Part shown: piece by piece, positions 27,524 through 36,601 of the stretch
How positions within the stretch are numbered: position 1 is the first letter of the stretch
Layout: each line of letters begins with the position of its first letter
Source of the DNA: a virus
Taxonomy: Duplodnaviria > Caudoviricetes
Reading direction: 5' to 3' (one strand)
DNA: 64,000 nt
IMG/VR virus record: IMGVR_UViG_3300042542_006078
Translations under genes and position numbers: made by a program
Notes under the pieces: generated by a model
What the model saw: only the letters and a program-made list of their open reading frames with translations
Database searches by the model: none
Told to the model about the DNA's origin: nothing

Positions 27524-29599
27524 ATGAACAAGCTGCAAAAAGTGATTTCAAATTTCAATCGTGAACAGTTCAAGGCAATCAATACTGAAATTTCTTTCTC
27601 AGAATATATTGATCTTTGCTATCAAAATCCAAAACTCATCCGTAATTCATGGCAGACCATCTATGACATGATCATGGAAAAGGGAAGTTATCCTGTTGAG
27701 GAATACCGCAAGACATATGTCAATTACAAGTTTTTTGATGATCCAGATTGTCCAATCGTTGGCTTGACCCCGATGAAGGACTCTCTCGTCAAGTTTATCA
27801 AGGGAGCGGCAGGCGGATACGGGACAGAACGCAGAATTCTTCTTCTTCATGGACCTGTTGGCAGTTCAAAGTCAACTATTCTCAGACTTATCAAGAGAAG
27901 TCTTGAGAAATACAGCAAGACTGATGCTGGAGCTTGGTATAGCTTCAAATGGGTGAATCTTCCTACAGGCGCTGATGGGATCTACAACAACCCAGAATGC
28001 GAATGCCCAATGCACGAACAACCTCTTAAGTTGCTCCCCAAGGAAGTTCGTGGACAAATCATTGCAGATATCAACAGGATTCATGAAGAAATCGCAACTC
28101 CACAAGAGAGGAGCGATATTTACACTCTTAAATGCAATGACGAACTTGATCCTCTTTGCAATTTCTTTATGAACGAACTTCTGAAGAGATACGAGGGTGA
28201 CCTTCAAAAAGTTCTTGACAACCATATTAAGGTCGTCAGAAAGGTCCATTCTGAAGCCAATCGTTGTGGAATCGCAACATTCCAGCCCAAAGATGAAAAG
28301 AATCAAGACAGCACAGAGCTAACAGGTGATATTAACTTCCGTAATATCGGAAACTTTGGTTCAGACAGCGATCCAAGATCATTCTCTTTTGATGGAGAAT
28401 TCTGTGCTGGCAACAGAGGAATAATCGAGTTTATTGAAGCACTTAAGCTCGATACTGCATTCCTTTATGACCTTCTTGGTGCATCCCAAGAACAAAGCAT
28501 CAAGCCAAAGAAGTTTGCTCAAGTAAGCATTGACGAGGCAATTTTTTCGCACACAAACGATCCAGAATTTCAGAAGCTCAAGAGCAACCAATATATGGAA
28601 GCTTTCCGTGATCGTACAACCAAGATTGATGTTCCTTACACCCTTAGATGGAACGAAGAGCTAAGGATTCTTGAAAAGGACTATGGTCCCGGTAAAGTTC
28701 GCCAACACATTGCTCCTCACACTCTTGAAATTGCCGCTTTGTGGAGTGTATTGACTCGTCTTGCTGACGATAAAGATGGCAAGATTAGCCTTGTCGAGAA
28801 GGCAGAACTTTATGATGGCAGGCTTCTTGCAGGATGGACTGAAGATTCTGTCAAGGAACTAAAAGACAAGTATCCCGAAGAGGGCATGAGTGGTGGGATT
28901 TCAGTTCGATATCTACAGGACAAGATTTCCAACTGCCTTGCCAACAATCATGACTATGTCAACATGTTCATGGTTCTCAATGAATTGCGTGACGGCCTTG
29001 ACCATTGCAGCTTGCTTACCAATAAGGAGCAAGTTGGCCGTTACATCACTTGTATCGATCTTGCAGTCAAGAAGTTGACTGAAATCTTGAAAGCGGAGGT
29101 TCAGAAGGCTTTGGTCGGCGATAAGGAAGCGATTAAGCGTCTTTGCTCAAACTACATCGATAACCTCATGGCATATATCAACAAGAGCAAGATTAAGGAT
29201 CAGATCACTGGCCAAGACCGCAAGCCAGACGAAAGGCTGATGCGTCAGATTGAGGAAAAGATTCAGATTCCAGATACTGGATGTGATGATTTCCGCCGTC
29301 AGATTGCCGCCTTCATCGGCCATCTTGCTCATGAGGGCAAGAGTTTTCAATGGGATTCCAATCCTAAGCTTCGCAAGGCTCTTGAGGCGAAACTTTTCGA
29401 GGATGTCAAGGACACCATCAAGTTAAGCGCACTCAATATGAGCGGAGCGAGTGTTGTTGACAAAGACTTGCAAGAAAAGATTGATGCAGTCAAGACAAGA
29501 CTCGTTAAAGAGTTTGGATACAACGAGAGAAGTGCAACGGATGTTCTAGAATTTGTTGGCGGAATTTTCTCCCGTGGCGATCTAGCCGAAGACGAGTGA
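27524..29599 (+). CDS. prkA: PrkA/YeaG-family AAA+ ATPase/serine kinase
   Basis: LLHGPVGSSKST, PMHEQPL, PKDEKNQDSTELTG, NRGIIEFIE, EAFRDR. Confidence 0.93.
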   Translation: MNKLQKVISNFNREQFKAINTEISFSEYIDLCYQNPKLIRNSWQTIYDMIMEKGSYPVEEYRKTYVNYKFFDDPDCPIVGLTPMKDSLVKFIKGAAGGYGTERRILLLHGPVGSSKSTILRLIKRSLEKYSKTDAGAWYSFKWVNLPTGADGIYNNPECECPMHEQPLKLLPKEVRGQIIADINRIHEEIATPQERSDIYTLKCNDELDPLCNFFMNELLKRYEGDLQKVLDNHIKVVRKVHSEANRCGIATFQPKDEKNQDSTELTGDINFRNIGNFGSDSDPRSFSFDGEFCAGNRGIIEFIEALKLDTAFLYDLLGASQEQSIKPKKFAQVSIDEAIFSHTNDPEFQKLKSNQYMEAFRDRTTKIDVPYTLRWNEELRILEKDYGPGKVRQHIAPHTLEIAALWSVLTRLADDKDGKISLVEKAELYDGRLLAGWTEDSVKELKDKYPEEGMSGGISVRYLQDKISNCLANNHDYVNMFMVLNELRDGLDHCSLLTNKEQVGRYITCIDLAVKKLTEILKAEVQKALVGDKEAIKRLCSNYIDNLMAYINKSKIKDQITGQDRKPDERLMRQIEEKIQIPDTGCDDFRRQIAAFIGHLAHEGKSFQWDSNPKLRKALEAKLFEDVKDTIKLSALNMSGASVVDKDLQEKIDAVKTRLVKEFGYNERSATDVLEFVGGIFSRGDLAEDE

Positions 29600-29646
29600 T
29601 GATTGAATTAACTTTATAAAAAGGTGACGATCAGTAAGGAGGATTC

Positions 29647-29868
29647 ATGACCATTCAGAACCATTGGTTACAGTCTGCTCAAGTCAAGCAACTCATGAAA
29701 GAAATTGATGAGATTGCTATGGATATTTGGTCACAAGATGGAACTCTTGGCGATCTGTTTTCTGCCTTGAATGACGATCATACTGATCTTCTTTTCTCGA
29801 TGAAGATCAAGGACTTTGCAAGCGATCCAAATGACATGTCATGCGGTATCGAGCTTGTTTCTCCTTAA
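29647..29868 (+). CDS. Hypothetical protein inserted in the prkA operon
   Basis: 73 aa, SD AAGGAGG. Confidence 0.65.
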   Translation: MTIQNHWLQSAQVKQLMKEIDEIAMDIWSQDGTLGDLFSALNDDHTDLLFSMKIKDFASDPNDMSCGIELVSP

Positions 29869-29874
29869 CCAGAA

Positions 29875-29897
29875 AGGAATCCGTCACAAGATGACGG
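29875..29897 (+). repeat. Solitary CRISPR-repeat-like hairpin B
   Basis: AGGAAT-CCGTC-ACAAGAT-GACGG, perfect stem with 7-nt loop, 7 nt before ATG 29905. Confidence 0.7.
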
Positions 29898-29904
29898 TTA
29901 AGCT

Positions 29905-31122
29905 ATGCCTCGTCGCATTCATGAAGATTGGCAGCATTTCCGTGATGTAATTTCAGGGCGAATCAGAAAAGCCCTGAAAAAATTCATCAAGAGCGGACAG
30001 ATCGTCAAAAATCGTGGAAAAAATGGCAAGATTTCCATTAACATCCCGAAAATTGACATTCCTCATATTGTTTATGGAAATAGTGGCGAGGGAGTTGGAA
30101 GAGGGGATGGTAAAGAAGGAGATGTCATAGGCAAAGATCCGCAAAATGGCAAGGGAAAAGGCAATGGAGCAGGTCAAGGAGAGGCTGAAGGAATCACAAT
30201 CAATCTTGATTTGGAAGATGTCCTGAGGTTTATGCAGGACGAACTTCAACTCCCAAATCTAAAGAAAAAGCCAAATGAAATTTACGATGAAATTAAAATC
30301 AAGTATAACAATATCAGTCTGATAGGACCAGAATCTCTTAGGCACAATAGAAGAACTCTCATGCAGACCTTGAAGCGTCAGGCTGCTGAGGGAACTCTTG
30401 AAAAACTAAATCATGTTGCTGGAATTAAAGACCCAGTCAGAGTTCTACAGCCAATCAATGAAGATAAGAGATACAGACAATTTAACGAAATTAAAATACC
30501 AAGCAGTAATGCTTTGATTGTCTTTGCCCGTGACGGATCTGGTTCCATGGATCAGGCCAAGTGTGAAATCGTCAGTGATATGGCTTGGTGGATCGATGTT
30601 TGGATTCGTCGTTTCTATGATCGTGTTGATCGCCTCTATGTTTGGCATGATAGTGAGGCCATGGAGGTTGATGAAAATAAATTTTATAAATATCGATTCG
30701 GAGGAGGAACAAATTGCTCCTCTGCTCTTAAATTTATTTCCAAGCAATTTGAGAACAGATATCCTCCAGAAAAGTGGAACATTTATGTTTTCTACTTTAC
30801 AGATGGCGACAACTGGGGAGAAGACAATCAGATTTTCATTGATACTCTTGCCAATGATTTTAAGCCTAATGTAGTCAATTTTACGGGTATCACACAGATT
30901 CTCGCATCATCCTATTCTGATTCAATCAAGCATCATGTTGATGAAGCGATTAAACAAGGCAAGCTTGACAAGGATTGCGTCAGGACTGTTGCAATAGGTG
31001 GTAGTCCAGATGGAAGGTCTTTGTGGACAGCGCCAAGTTTGAGCGATGATAATAGGAATGAGCAAATCATGGAAGCAATTCAACAACTTCTAGGAAACCC
31101 AAGTAAACTATCAAGGGAATGA
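29905..31122 (+). CDS. yeaH: YeaH/YhbH (DUF444) vWA-domain protein
   Basis: MIDAS DGSGS, GGGTNCSSAL, YFTDGDN; DKRYR motif. Confidence 0.9.
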   Translation: MPRRIHEDWQHFRDVISGRIRKALKKFIKSGQIVKNRGKNGKISINIPKIDIPHIVYGNSGEGVGRGDGKEGDVIGKDPQNGKGKGNGAGQGEAEGITINLDLEDVLRFMQDELQLPNLKKKPNEIYDEIKIKYNNISLIGPESLRHNRRTLMQTLKRQAAEGTLEKLNHVAGIKDPVRVLQPINEDKRYRQFNEIKIPSSNALIVFARDGSGSMDQAKCEIVSDMAWWIDVWIRRFYDRVDRLYVWHDSEAMEVDENKFYKYRFGGGTNCSSALKFISKQFENRYPPEKWNIYVFYFTDGDNWGEDNQIFIDTLANDFKPNVVNFTGITQILASSYSDSIKHHVDEAIKQGKLDKDCVRTVAIGGSPDGRSLWTAPSLSDDNRNEQIMEAIQQLLGNPSKLSRE

Positions 31123-31123
31123 T

Positions 31124-32719
31124 ATGAGCAGTAAATTTTTTCATGGTTCTAGCCTGCTTATGGGTGACAATACCGTTCCCGGTGTTCAACTTTCAAAAGA
31201 ACTTAAAGAATACATACCCAAAATTCTTCAAGCATGTCGTGATTGGGGCCTTGATTTCTATCCCACAGTTGTCCAGTTGTTGACATATGACGAAATTAGC
31301 GAAGTTGCCGCTTATGGTGGTTTCCCTGTCCGTTTTCCACATTGGTCATTTGGGATGGAGTACGAAGAGCTACAGCGTGGATATGAATTCGGTGGACACA
31401 AGATATACGAAATGGTTGTCAATTGTAATCCATGTTACATTTATAATCTTGCTTCAAACACTCTTGCTGACCATCTGACTGTTGTTGCACATGCGACAGG
31501 ACACAATGACTTTTTCAAGAACAATATTCATTTCAGCGCAACTGACACGAATATGATGAATAAAATGGCGAATCATTCTGCTAGGATTCGCAATTATATG
31601 AGCAGATGGGGCAAAGAAAGAGTAACTGAATTCCTTGATCATGTTATGCGTTTAGAAACACTTATTGATGGTTCAGATGCTTGGACAGATAGGGTTATAA
31701 AAGATAGGAATATTCGTGATGAAAGAAAGTACAATAAGCCTCAATTATTGAATGTTGATAAGCAAAGGCTTTACATGGAGCCTTTCATCAATACTACTGC
31801 ATTTCGTAAGAAGCAGAATGAAGATGTTCATGAGAGAGACATAGCAGACGAAATTGGCTTATTCAAGGAACCAACTAAGAACATTTTGGGATTTATTCGT
31901 GATAATGCTCCATTAAAGCCTTGGCAAGCCGATATTGTCTCTATGCTTTATGAGGAGGCGATTTATTTCTTCCCTCAAAGACAAACTAAGGTTGGGAACG
32001 AAGGATGGGCCTCCTTAACGGACTCTGTAATCATGGCAGAGCAGGGATTCATAAGCCTTGGTCAAAAGTCTGATGATTGCGGCATTGTTGAATACGCTGA
32101 TCATAAAATGGGTGTTCTTGGTGGGAAATACAGTATGAATCCTTACAAGTTGGGATTCTACTTATTTTCTGATATTCGTGAGCGTTGGGACAAGGGAAGA
32201 TTTGGGCAAGAGTACGAAGAATGCACGGACATGCACAAGAAAGAGAATTGGGATACAGGTGCTATGCTCGGCAAGGAAAAAATCTTTGAAGTCAGGAAGT
32301 ATTATGATGACCTGACTATGATCCATGAATTCTTTACAGAAGAGTTTTGCCGAAAACAGGAATATTTCCATTGGAAACATTATCCAAACGGAGAATACAG
32401 GCTTGAATCCCGTGATTATCAAAAGATCAAGAAGGGTTTGATGCAGAGGCATGTTAATGGTGGACTTCCAGACATTAGACTCATGGAGCCAAATTACGGT
32501 GGTCGTGGAATCATGATGCTTCAACATTTTTCTGACGGAAGGCCTCTTCACGATCCTTACATTGGTGATGTTTTAAGTTCAATCCGTTTTATTTGGAATA
32601 ATGATGTTATTCTTTCAACAAACTCCGATGATGGTAAGGAAAGGGTTTATTGGCAAAGAGCCAATTACCTTGATATCACGGATAGGTCTAAATTCGACAA
32701 ATCTTTGAATAATTTCTGA
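31124..32719 (+). CDS. spoVR: SpoVR/YcgB-family protein
   Basis: GGFPVRFPHWSFG, KIYEMVVN, VVAHATGHNDFFKNN, NEGWAS, NPYKLG. Confidence 0.93.
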   Translation: MSSKFFHGSSLLMGDNTVPGVQLSKELKEYIPKILQACRDWGLDFYPTVVQLLTYDEISEVAAYGGFPVRFPHWSFGMEYEELQRGYEFGGHKIYEMVVNCNPCYIYNLASNTLADHLTVVAHATGHNDFFKNNIHFSATDTNMMNKMANHSARIRNYMSRWGKERVTEFLDHVMRLETLIDGSDAWTDRVIKDRNIRDERKYNKPQLLNVDKQRLYMEPFINTTAFRKKQNEDVHERDIADEIGLFKEPTKNILGFIRDNAPLKPWQADIVSMLYEEAIYFFPQRQTKVGNEGWASLTDSVIMAEQGFISLGQKSDDCGIVEYADHKMGVLGGKYSMNPYKLGFYLFSDIRERWDKGRFGQEYEECTDMHKKENWDTGAMLGKEKIFEVRKYYDDLTMIHEFFTEEFCRKQEYFHWKHYPNGEYRLESRDYQKIKKGLMQRHVNGGLPDIRLMEPNYGGRGIMMLQHFSDGRPLHDPYIGDVLSSIRFIWNNDVILSTNSDDGKERVYWQRANYLDITDRSKFDKSLNNF

Positions 32720-32769
32720 AAAAAAACTATAATATTTCATTGCCAGACACCACTTAATAAGGAGAAAAA

Positions 32770-32979
32770 ATGGACGATACAAGTTTTCTTTTGACAGACG
32801 AGTTCATAGTTTTTTCACTAAAGATCAAATCTCTTTTCGACCACAAGAAGGTCAAAAAGGCTGAACTTAAAGCCTTTTATGATAAGACACAAGCAGAAAT
32901 TAAGGAAATCGATTTACAAGCAAAGTCTCTGGAAGAAGAATTTGCTAAATGGAAGGCATCACAAAAGAATGTTGAATAA
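32770..32979 (+). CDS. Small coiled-coil protein
   Basis: SD AAGGAG. Confidence 0.65.
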   Translation: MDDTSFLLTDEFIVFSLKIKSLFDHKKVKKAELKAFYDKTQAEIKEIDLQAKSLEEEFAKWKASQKNVE

Positions 32980-33256
32980 TGAAATTAAAGAAACAAACGA
33001 AATTGCAGGAATTGAATTCTTCGCCCTTTGGTTTTCTATTTCTTTAGGCATTGCTATATTTTTATTTCCCAATACAATTATTTTTAAGTCAATTATATGG
33101 ACTGGGTGCATAATTGTTTGTTCTTTATATAGTTTTATATCACTTGTTAAGTGGCTGAATTATAAAAAGATAGATTATTCTTTGGTTGCTATGTTGTTGT
33201 GGACATTGAACTTAGTCTTGCAGAGTTTAAGTCTTTTTTTCTTTAGTCCTTTTTGA
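32969..33256 (+). CDS. Small 3-TM membrane protein
   Basis: Three hydrophobic segments; start uncertain. Confidence 0.55.
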   Translation: MLNNEIKETNEIAGIEFFALWFSISLGIAIFLFPNTIIFKSIIWTGCIIVCSLYSFISLVKWLNYKKIDYSLVAMLLWTLNLVLQSLSLFFFSPF

Positions 33257-33257
33257 C

Positions 33258-33286
33258 TTTACAATCAAAATTTTTCGGTGTAGTTT
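33258..33286 (+). promoter_or_regulatory. Candidate cas12i promoter
   Basis: TTTACA, 17 nt, TAGTTT; -10 departs from consensus. Confidence 0.45.
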
Positions 33287-33321
33287 CCTTTTGTCGATGA
33301 TAGTATCGGCATGAGGAAACT

Positions 33322-36300
33322 ATGATGTCTGATAATATTATTCTGCCTTACAACTCTAAACTTGCCCCCGATGAGCGTAAGCAAAGGCTTCTGAACGACA
33401 CATTCAATTGGTTTGATATGTGTAACGAAGTTTTTTTTGACTTCGTGAAGAATCTGTATGGCGGAGTGAAGCATGAACATTTGATTCTTGTGAATTTTGC
33501 CGAGAAACCCAAGAAGGTTAGCAATAGTAAAAAGCCTAAGAAAAAAGATCAGGAAGTCAACATTCATGTTGAGCCCAATCAAGCCGAATGGGTTGACAAT
33601 GCTTGTGCCACATTCTGGTTTCGATTGCAGGCAAAATCAACAGTACAATTAGACCAATCAGTCCAGACAGCAGAAGAGCGTATTCGACGATTTCGGGATT
33701 ATGCTGGTCACGAGCCATCATCATTTGCCAAATCTTATCTAAATGGTAATTATGATCCAGAGAAGACTGAATGGGTTGATTGCAGGCTTCTTTATGTCAA
33801 TTTTTGCCGTAATCTGAATGTCAACCTTGATGCGGACATTCGCACAATGGTCGAACACAATCTTCTTCCTGTTCTCCCCGGTCAGGATTTCAAAACCAAC
33901 AATGTATTCTCCAACATTTTTGGAGTAGGCAATAAGGAAGACAAGGGTCAAAAAACGAACTGGCTTAACACGGTCGCAGAAGGCCTTCAGTCCAAGGAAA
34001 TTTGGAATTGGGATGAGTATCGTGATTTGATATCAAGATCTACTGGATGCTCTACGGCAGCAGAACTGAGGTCTGAGTCGATTGGCAGGCCAAGCATGCT
34101 TGCAGTTGATTTTGCATCTGAGAAATCAGGCCAAATATCACAGGAATGGCTTGCAGAAAGGGTTAAGTCTTTTAGGGCAGCAGCTTCTCAAAAAAGCAAA
34201 ATCTATGACATGCCTAATCGTCTTGTTTTGAAGGAATACATTGCTTCAAAAATCGGGCCTTTCAAACTTGAAAGGTGGTCTGCTGCTGCCGTTTCTGCTT
34301 ATAAGGATGTCCGCAGCAAGAATAGTATCAATTTGCTTTATTCCAAGGAAAGATTGTGGCGATGCAAGGAAATTGCTCAGATTTTGGTTGATAATCCGCA
34401 GGTTGCTGAAGCCCAACAGATTCTTGTTAATTATTCTTCTGGTGATACCAATTCATTCACAGTTGAAAATCGTCACATGGGCGATTTGACTGTTCTTTTC
34501 AAGATTTGGGAAAAGATGGATATGGATTCTGGCATAGAACAGTATTCCGAAATTTATCGTGATGAATATAGTCGTGATCCAATTACAGAGTTGCTACGCT
34601 ATCTCTACAATCATAGGCATATTTCGGCAAAAACTTTTAGGGCTGCTGCAAGGTTGAATTCTCTTTCGCTGAAGAATGATCGTAAGAAAATTCACCCGAC
34701 TATCAGTGGTAGGACTAGCGTTTCTTTCGGCCATTCAACAATCAAGGGATGCATTACTCCTCCCGATCATATTGTCAAAAATCGAAAAGAGAATGCTGGA
34801 AGCACTGGCATGATCTGGGTTACAATGCAGCTTATCGATAATGGTCGATGGGCGGATCATCATATTCCTTTCCACAATTCTCGCTACTATCGTGATTTTT
34901 ATGCTTATCGTGCCGATCTACCGACTATTTCTGATCCTCGTCGTAAATCTTTTGGACATAGGATCGGCAATAATATTAGCGATACAAGGATGATTAATCA
35001 TGATTGCAAAAAAGCATCAAAAATGTATCTTCGCACAATCCAGAATATGACGCACAATGTGGCATTCGACCAGCAGACTCAGTTCGCTGTTCGTCGTTAT
35101 GCTGATAATAATTTCACGATTACGATCCAAGCTAGGGTTGTAGGGAGGAAATATAAAAAGGAAATATCAGTTGGTGATCGTGTGATGGGTGTTGACCAGA
35201 ATCAGACCACAAGTAACACATATTCTGTTTGGGAAGTAGTTGCTGAAGGGACTGAAAATTCTTACCCATATAAGGGCAATAATTATCGTCTCGTTGAGGA
35301 TGGATTTATTCGCAGCGAATGCAGTGGTCGAGATCAGCTTTCCTATGATGGTCTTGATTTTCAGGACTTTGCTCAATGGCGCAGGGAAAGATACGCATTT
35401 TTATCTTCTGTTGGATGTATTCTCAATGACGAAATCGAGCCTCAAATCCCTGTTAGTGCCGAAAAGGCAAAAAAGAAGAAGAATTTTTCTAAGTGGCGTG
35501 GTTGTTCTCTTTATAGTTGGAACCTCTGTTATGCATATTATCTTAAGGATTTGATGCATGAGAACTTGGCAAATAATCCTGCTGGATTCCGACAGGAAAT
35601 TCTGAATTTTATTCAGGGTTCTAGGGGCGTGAGGCTTTGTTCCCTTAATCACACTAGCTTCCGACTTCTCTCTAAAGCCAAGTCTCTAATTCATTCATTT
35701 TTTGGTCTAAACAATATCAAAGATCCTGAATCTCAAAGGGATTTTGATCCAGAAATTTATGACATAATGGTCAATCTGACACAAAGGAAGACCAACAAGA
35801 GGAAGGAAAAAGCTAATCGCATCACTTCTTCAATTTTGCAAATTGCCAATAGGCTGAATGTCAGTCGTATTGTGATTGAGAACGATTTGCCGAATGCAAG
35901 TTCCAAAAACAAGGCATCAGCCAATCAAAGGGCAACTGATTGGTGTGCTAGAAATGTATCTGAGAAATTAGAATATGCCTGCAAGATGCTTGGTATCAGC
36001 TTATGGCAGATTGATCCAAGGGACACATCGCACCTTGATCCATTTGTTGTGGGCAAGGAGGCTAGATTTATGAAAATAAAGGTTTCTGATATTAACGAAT
36101 ACACTATCAGTAATTTCAAAAAGTGGCATGCAAACATTGCTACAACAAGTACTACAGCACCTCTTTATCATGATGCTTTGAAGGCATTTTCTTCTCATTA
36201 TGGAATTGATTGGGACAATTTGCCAGAAATGAAGTTTTGGGAATTGAAGAATGCCTTGAAAGACCATAAAGAGGTGTTTATCCCAAATCGTGGTGGTCGC

Positions 36301-36423
36301 TGCTATTTATCGACATTGCCGGTGACTTCTACATCTGAAAAGATTGTTTTCAATGGAAGAGAGAGATGGTTGAACGCAAGTGATATTGTGGCAGGAGTTA
36401 ACATTGTGCTAAGATCAGTATGA
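33322..36423 (+). CDS. cas12i: Type V-I CRISPR effector Cas12i
   Basis: 1033 aa adjacent to the array; RuvC-I RVMGVDQNQ, RuvC-II IVIENDLP, RuvC-III ASDIVAGVNI; DQLSYDG and RGGRCYLST motifs; repeat 3' end has Cas12i2-type architecture (from memory). Confidence 0.93.
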   Translation: MMSDNIILPYNSKLAPDERKQRLLNDTFNWFDMCNEVFFDFVKNLYGGVKHEHLILVNFAEKPKKVSNSKKPKKKDQEVNIHVEPNQAEWVDNACATFWFRLQAKSTVQLDQSVQTAEERIRRFRDYAGHEPSSFAKSYLNGNYDPEKTEWVDCRLLYVNFCRNLNVNLDADIRTMVEHNLLPVLPGQDFKTNNVFSNIFGVGNKEDKGQKTNWLNTVAEGLQSKEIWNWDEYRDLISRSTGCSTAAELRSESIGRPSMLAVDFASEKSGQISQEWLAERVKSFRAAASQKSKIYDMPNRLVLKEYIASKIGPFKLERWSAAAVSAYKDVRSKNSINLLYSKERLWRCKEIAQILVDNPQVAEAQQILVNYSSGDTNSFTVENRHMGDLTVLFKIWEKMDMDSGIEQYSEIYRDEYSRDPITELLRYLYNHRHISAKTFRAAARLNSLSLKNDRKKIHPTISGRTSVSFGHSTIKGCITPPDHIVKNRKENAGSTGMIWVTMQLIDNGRWADHHIPFHNSRYYRDFYAYRADLPTISDPRRKSFGHRIGNNISDTRMINHDCKKASKMYLRTIQNMTHNVAFDQQTQFAVRRYADNNFTITIQARVVGRKYKKEISVGDRVMGVDQNQTTSNTYSVWEVVAEGTENSYPYKGNNYRLVEDGFIRSECSGRDQLSYDGLDFQDFAQWRRERYAFLSSVGCILNDEIEPQIPVSAEKAKKKKNFSKWRGCSLYSWNLCYAYYLKDLMHENLANNPAGFRQEILNFIQGSRGVRLCSLNHTSFRLLSKAKSLIHSFFGLNNIKDPESQRDFDPEIYDIMVNLTQRKTNKRKEKANRITSSILQIANRLNVSRIVIENDLPNASSKNKASANQRATDWCARNVSEKLEYACKMLGISLWQIDPRDTSHLDPFVVGKEARFMKIKVSDINEYTISNFKKWHANIATTSTTAPLYHDALKAFSSHYGIDWDNLPEMKFWELKNALKDHKEVFIPNRGGRCYLSTLPVTSTSEKIVFNGRERWLNASDIVAGVNIVLRSV

Positions 36424-36601
36424 TGCGAGTGATTGGGTGCCGTAGCAAATTCAGCACCCTCTCGCAATTCGTAAATCTTTAACTTGATTCGTTTTAAGCG
36501 AATCTGCTCTTTGACAAGTAGGTGATTATGGGGATTTGCGGGTGACCCTCTCGCAAAGAATGGCGTAATCTTTTATGCAGTATGGCTTTGTGAGGTGAGC
36601 C
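36424..36601 (+). other. CRISPR leader region
   Basis: Between cas12i and repeat 1; degenerate repeats lie at the opposite end; contains hairpins and ACCCTCTCGCAA twice. Confidence 0.6.

Noticed and set aside
36424-36601. tracrRNA/anti-repeat
   Set aside because: Only 6-7 nt of complementarity to the repeat 5' end, and Cas12i is tracrRNA-independent.
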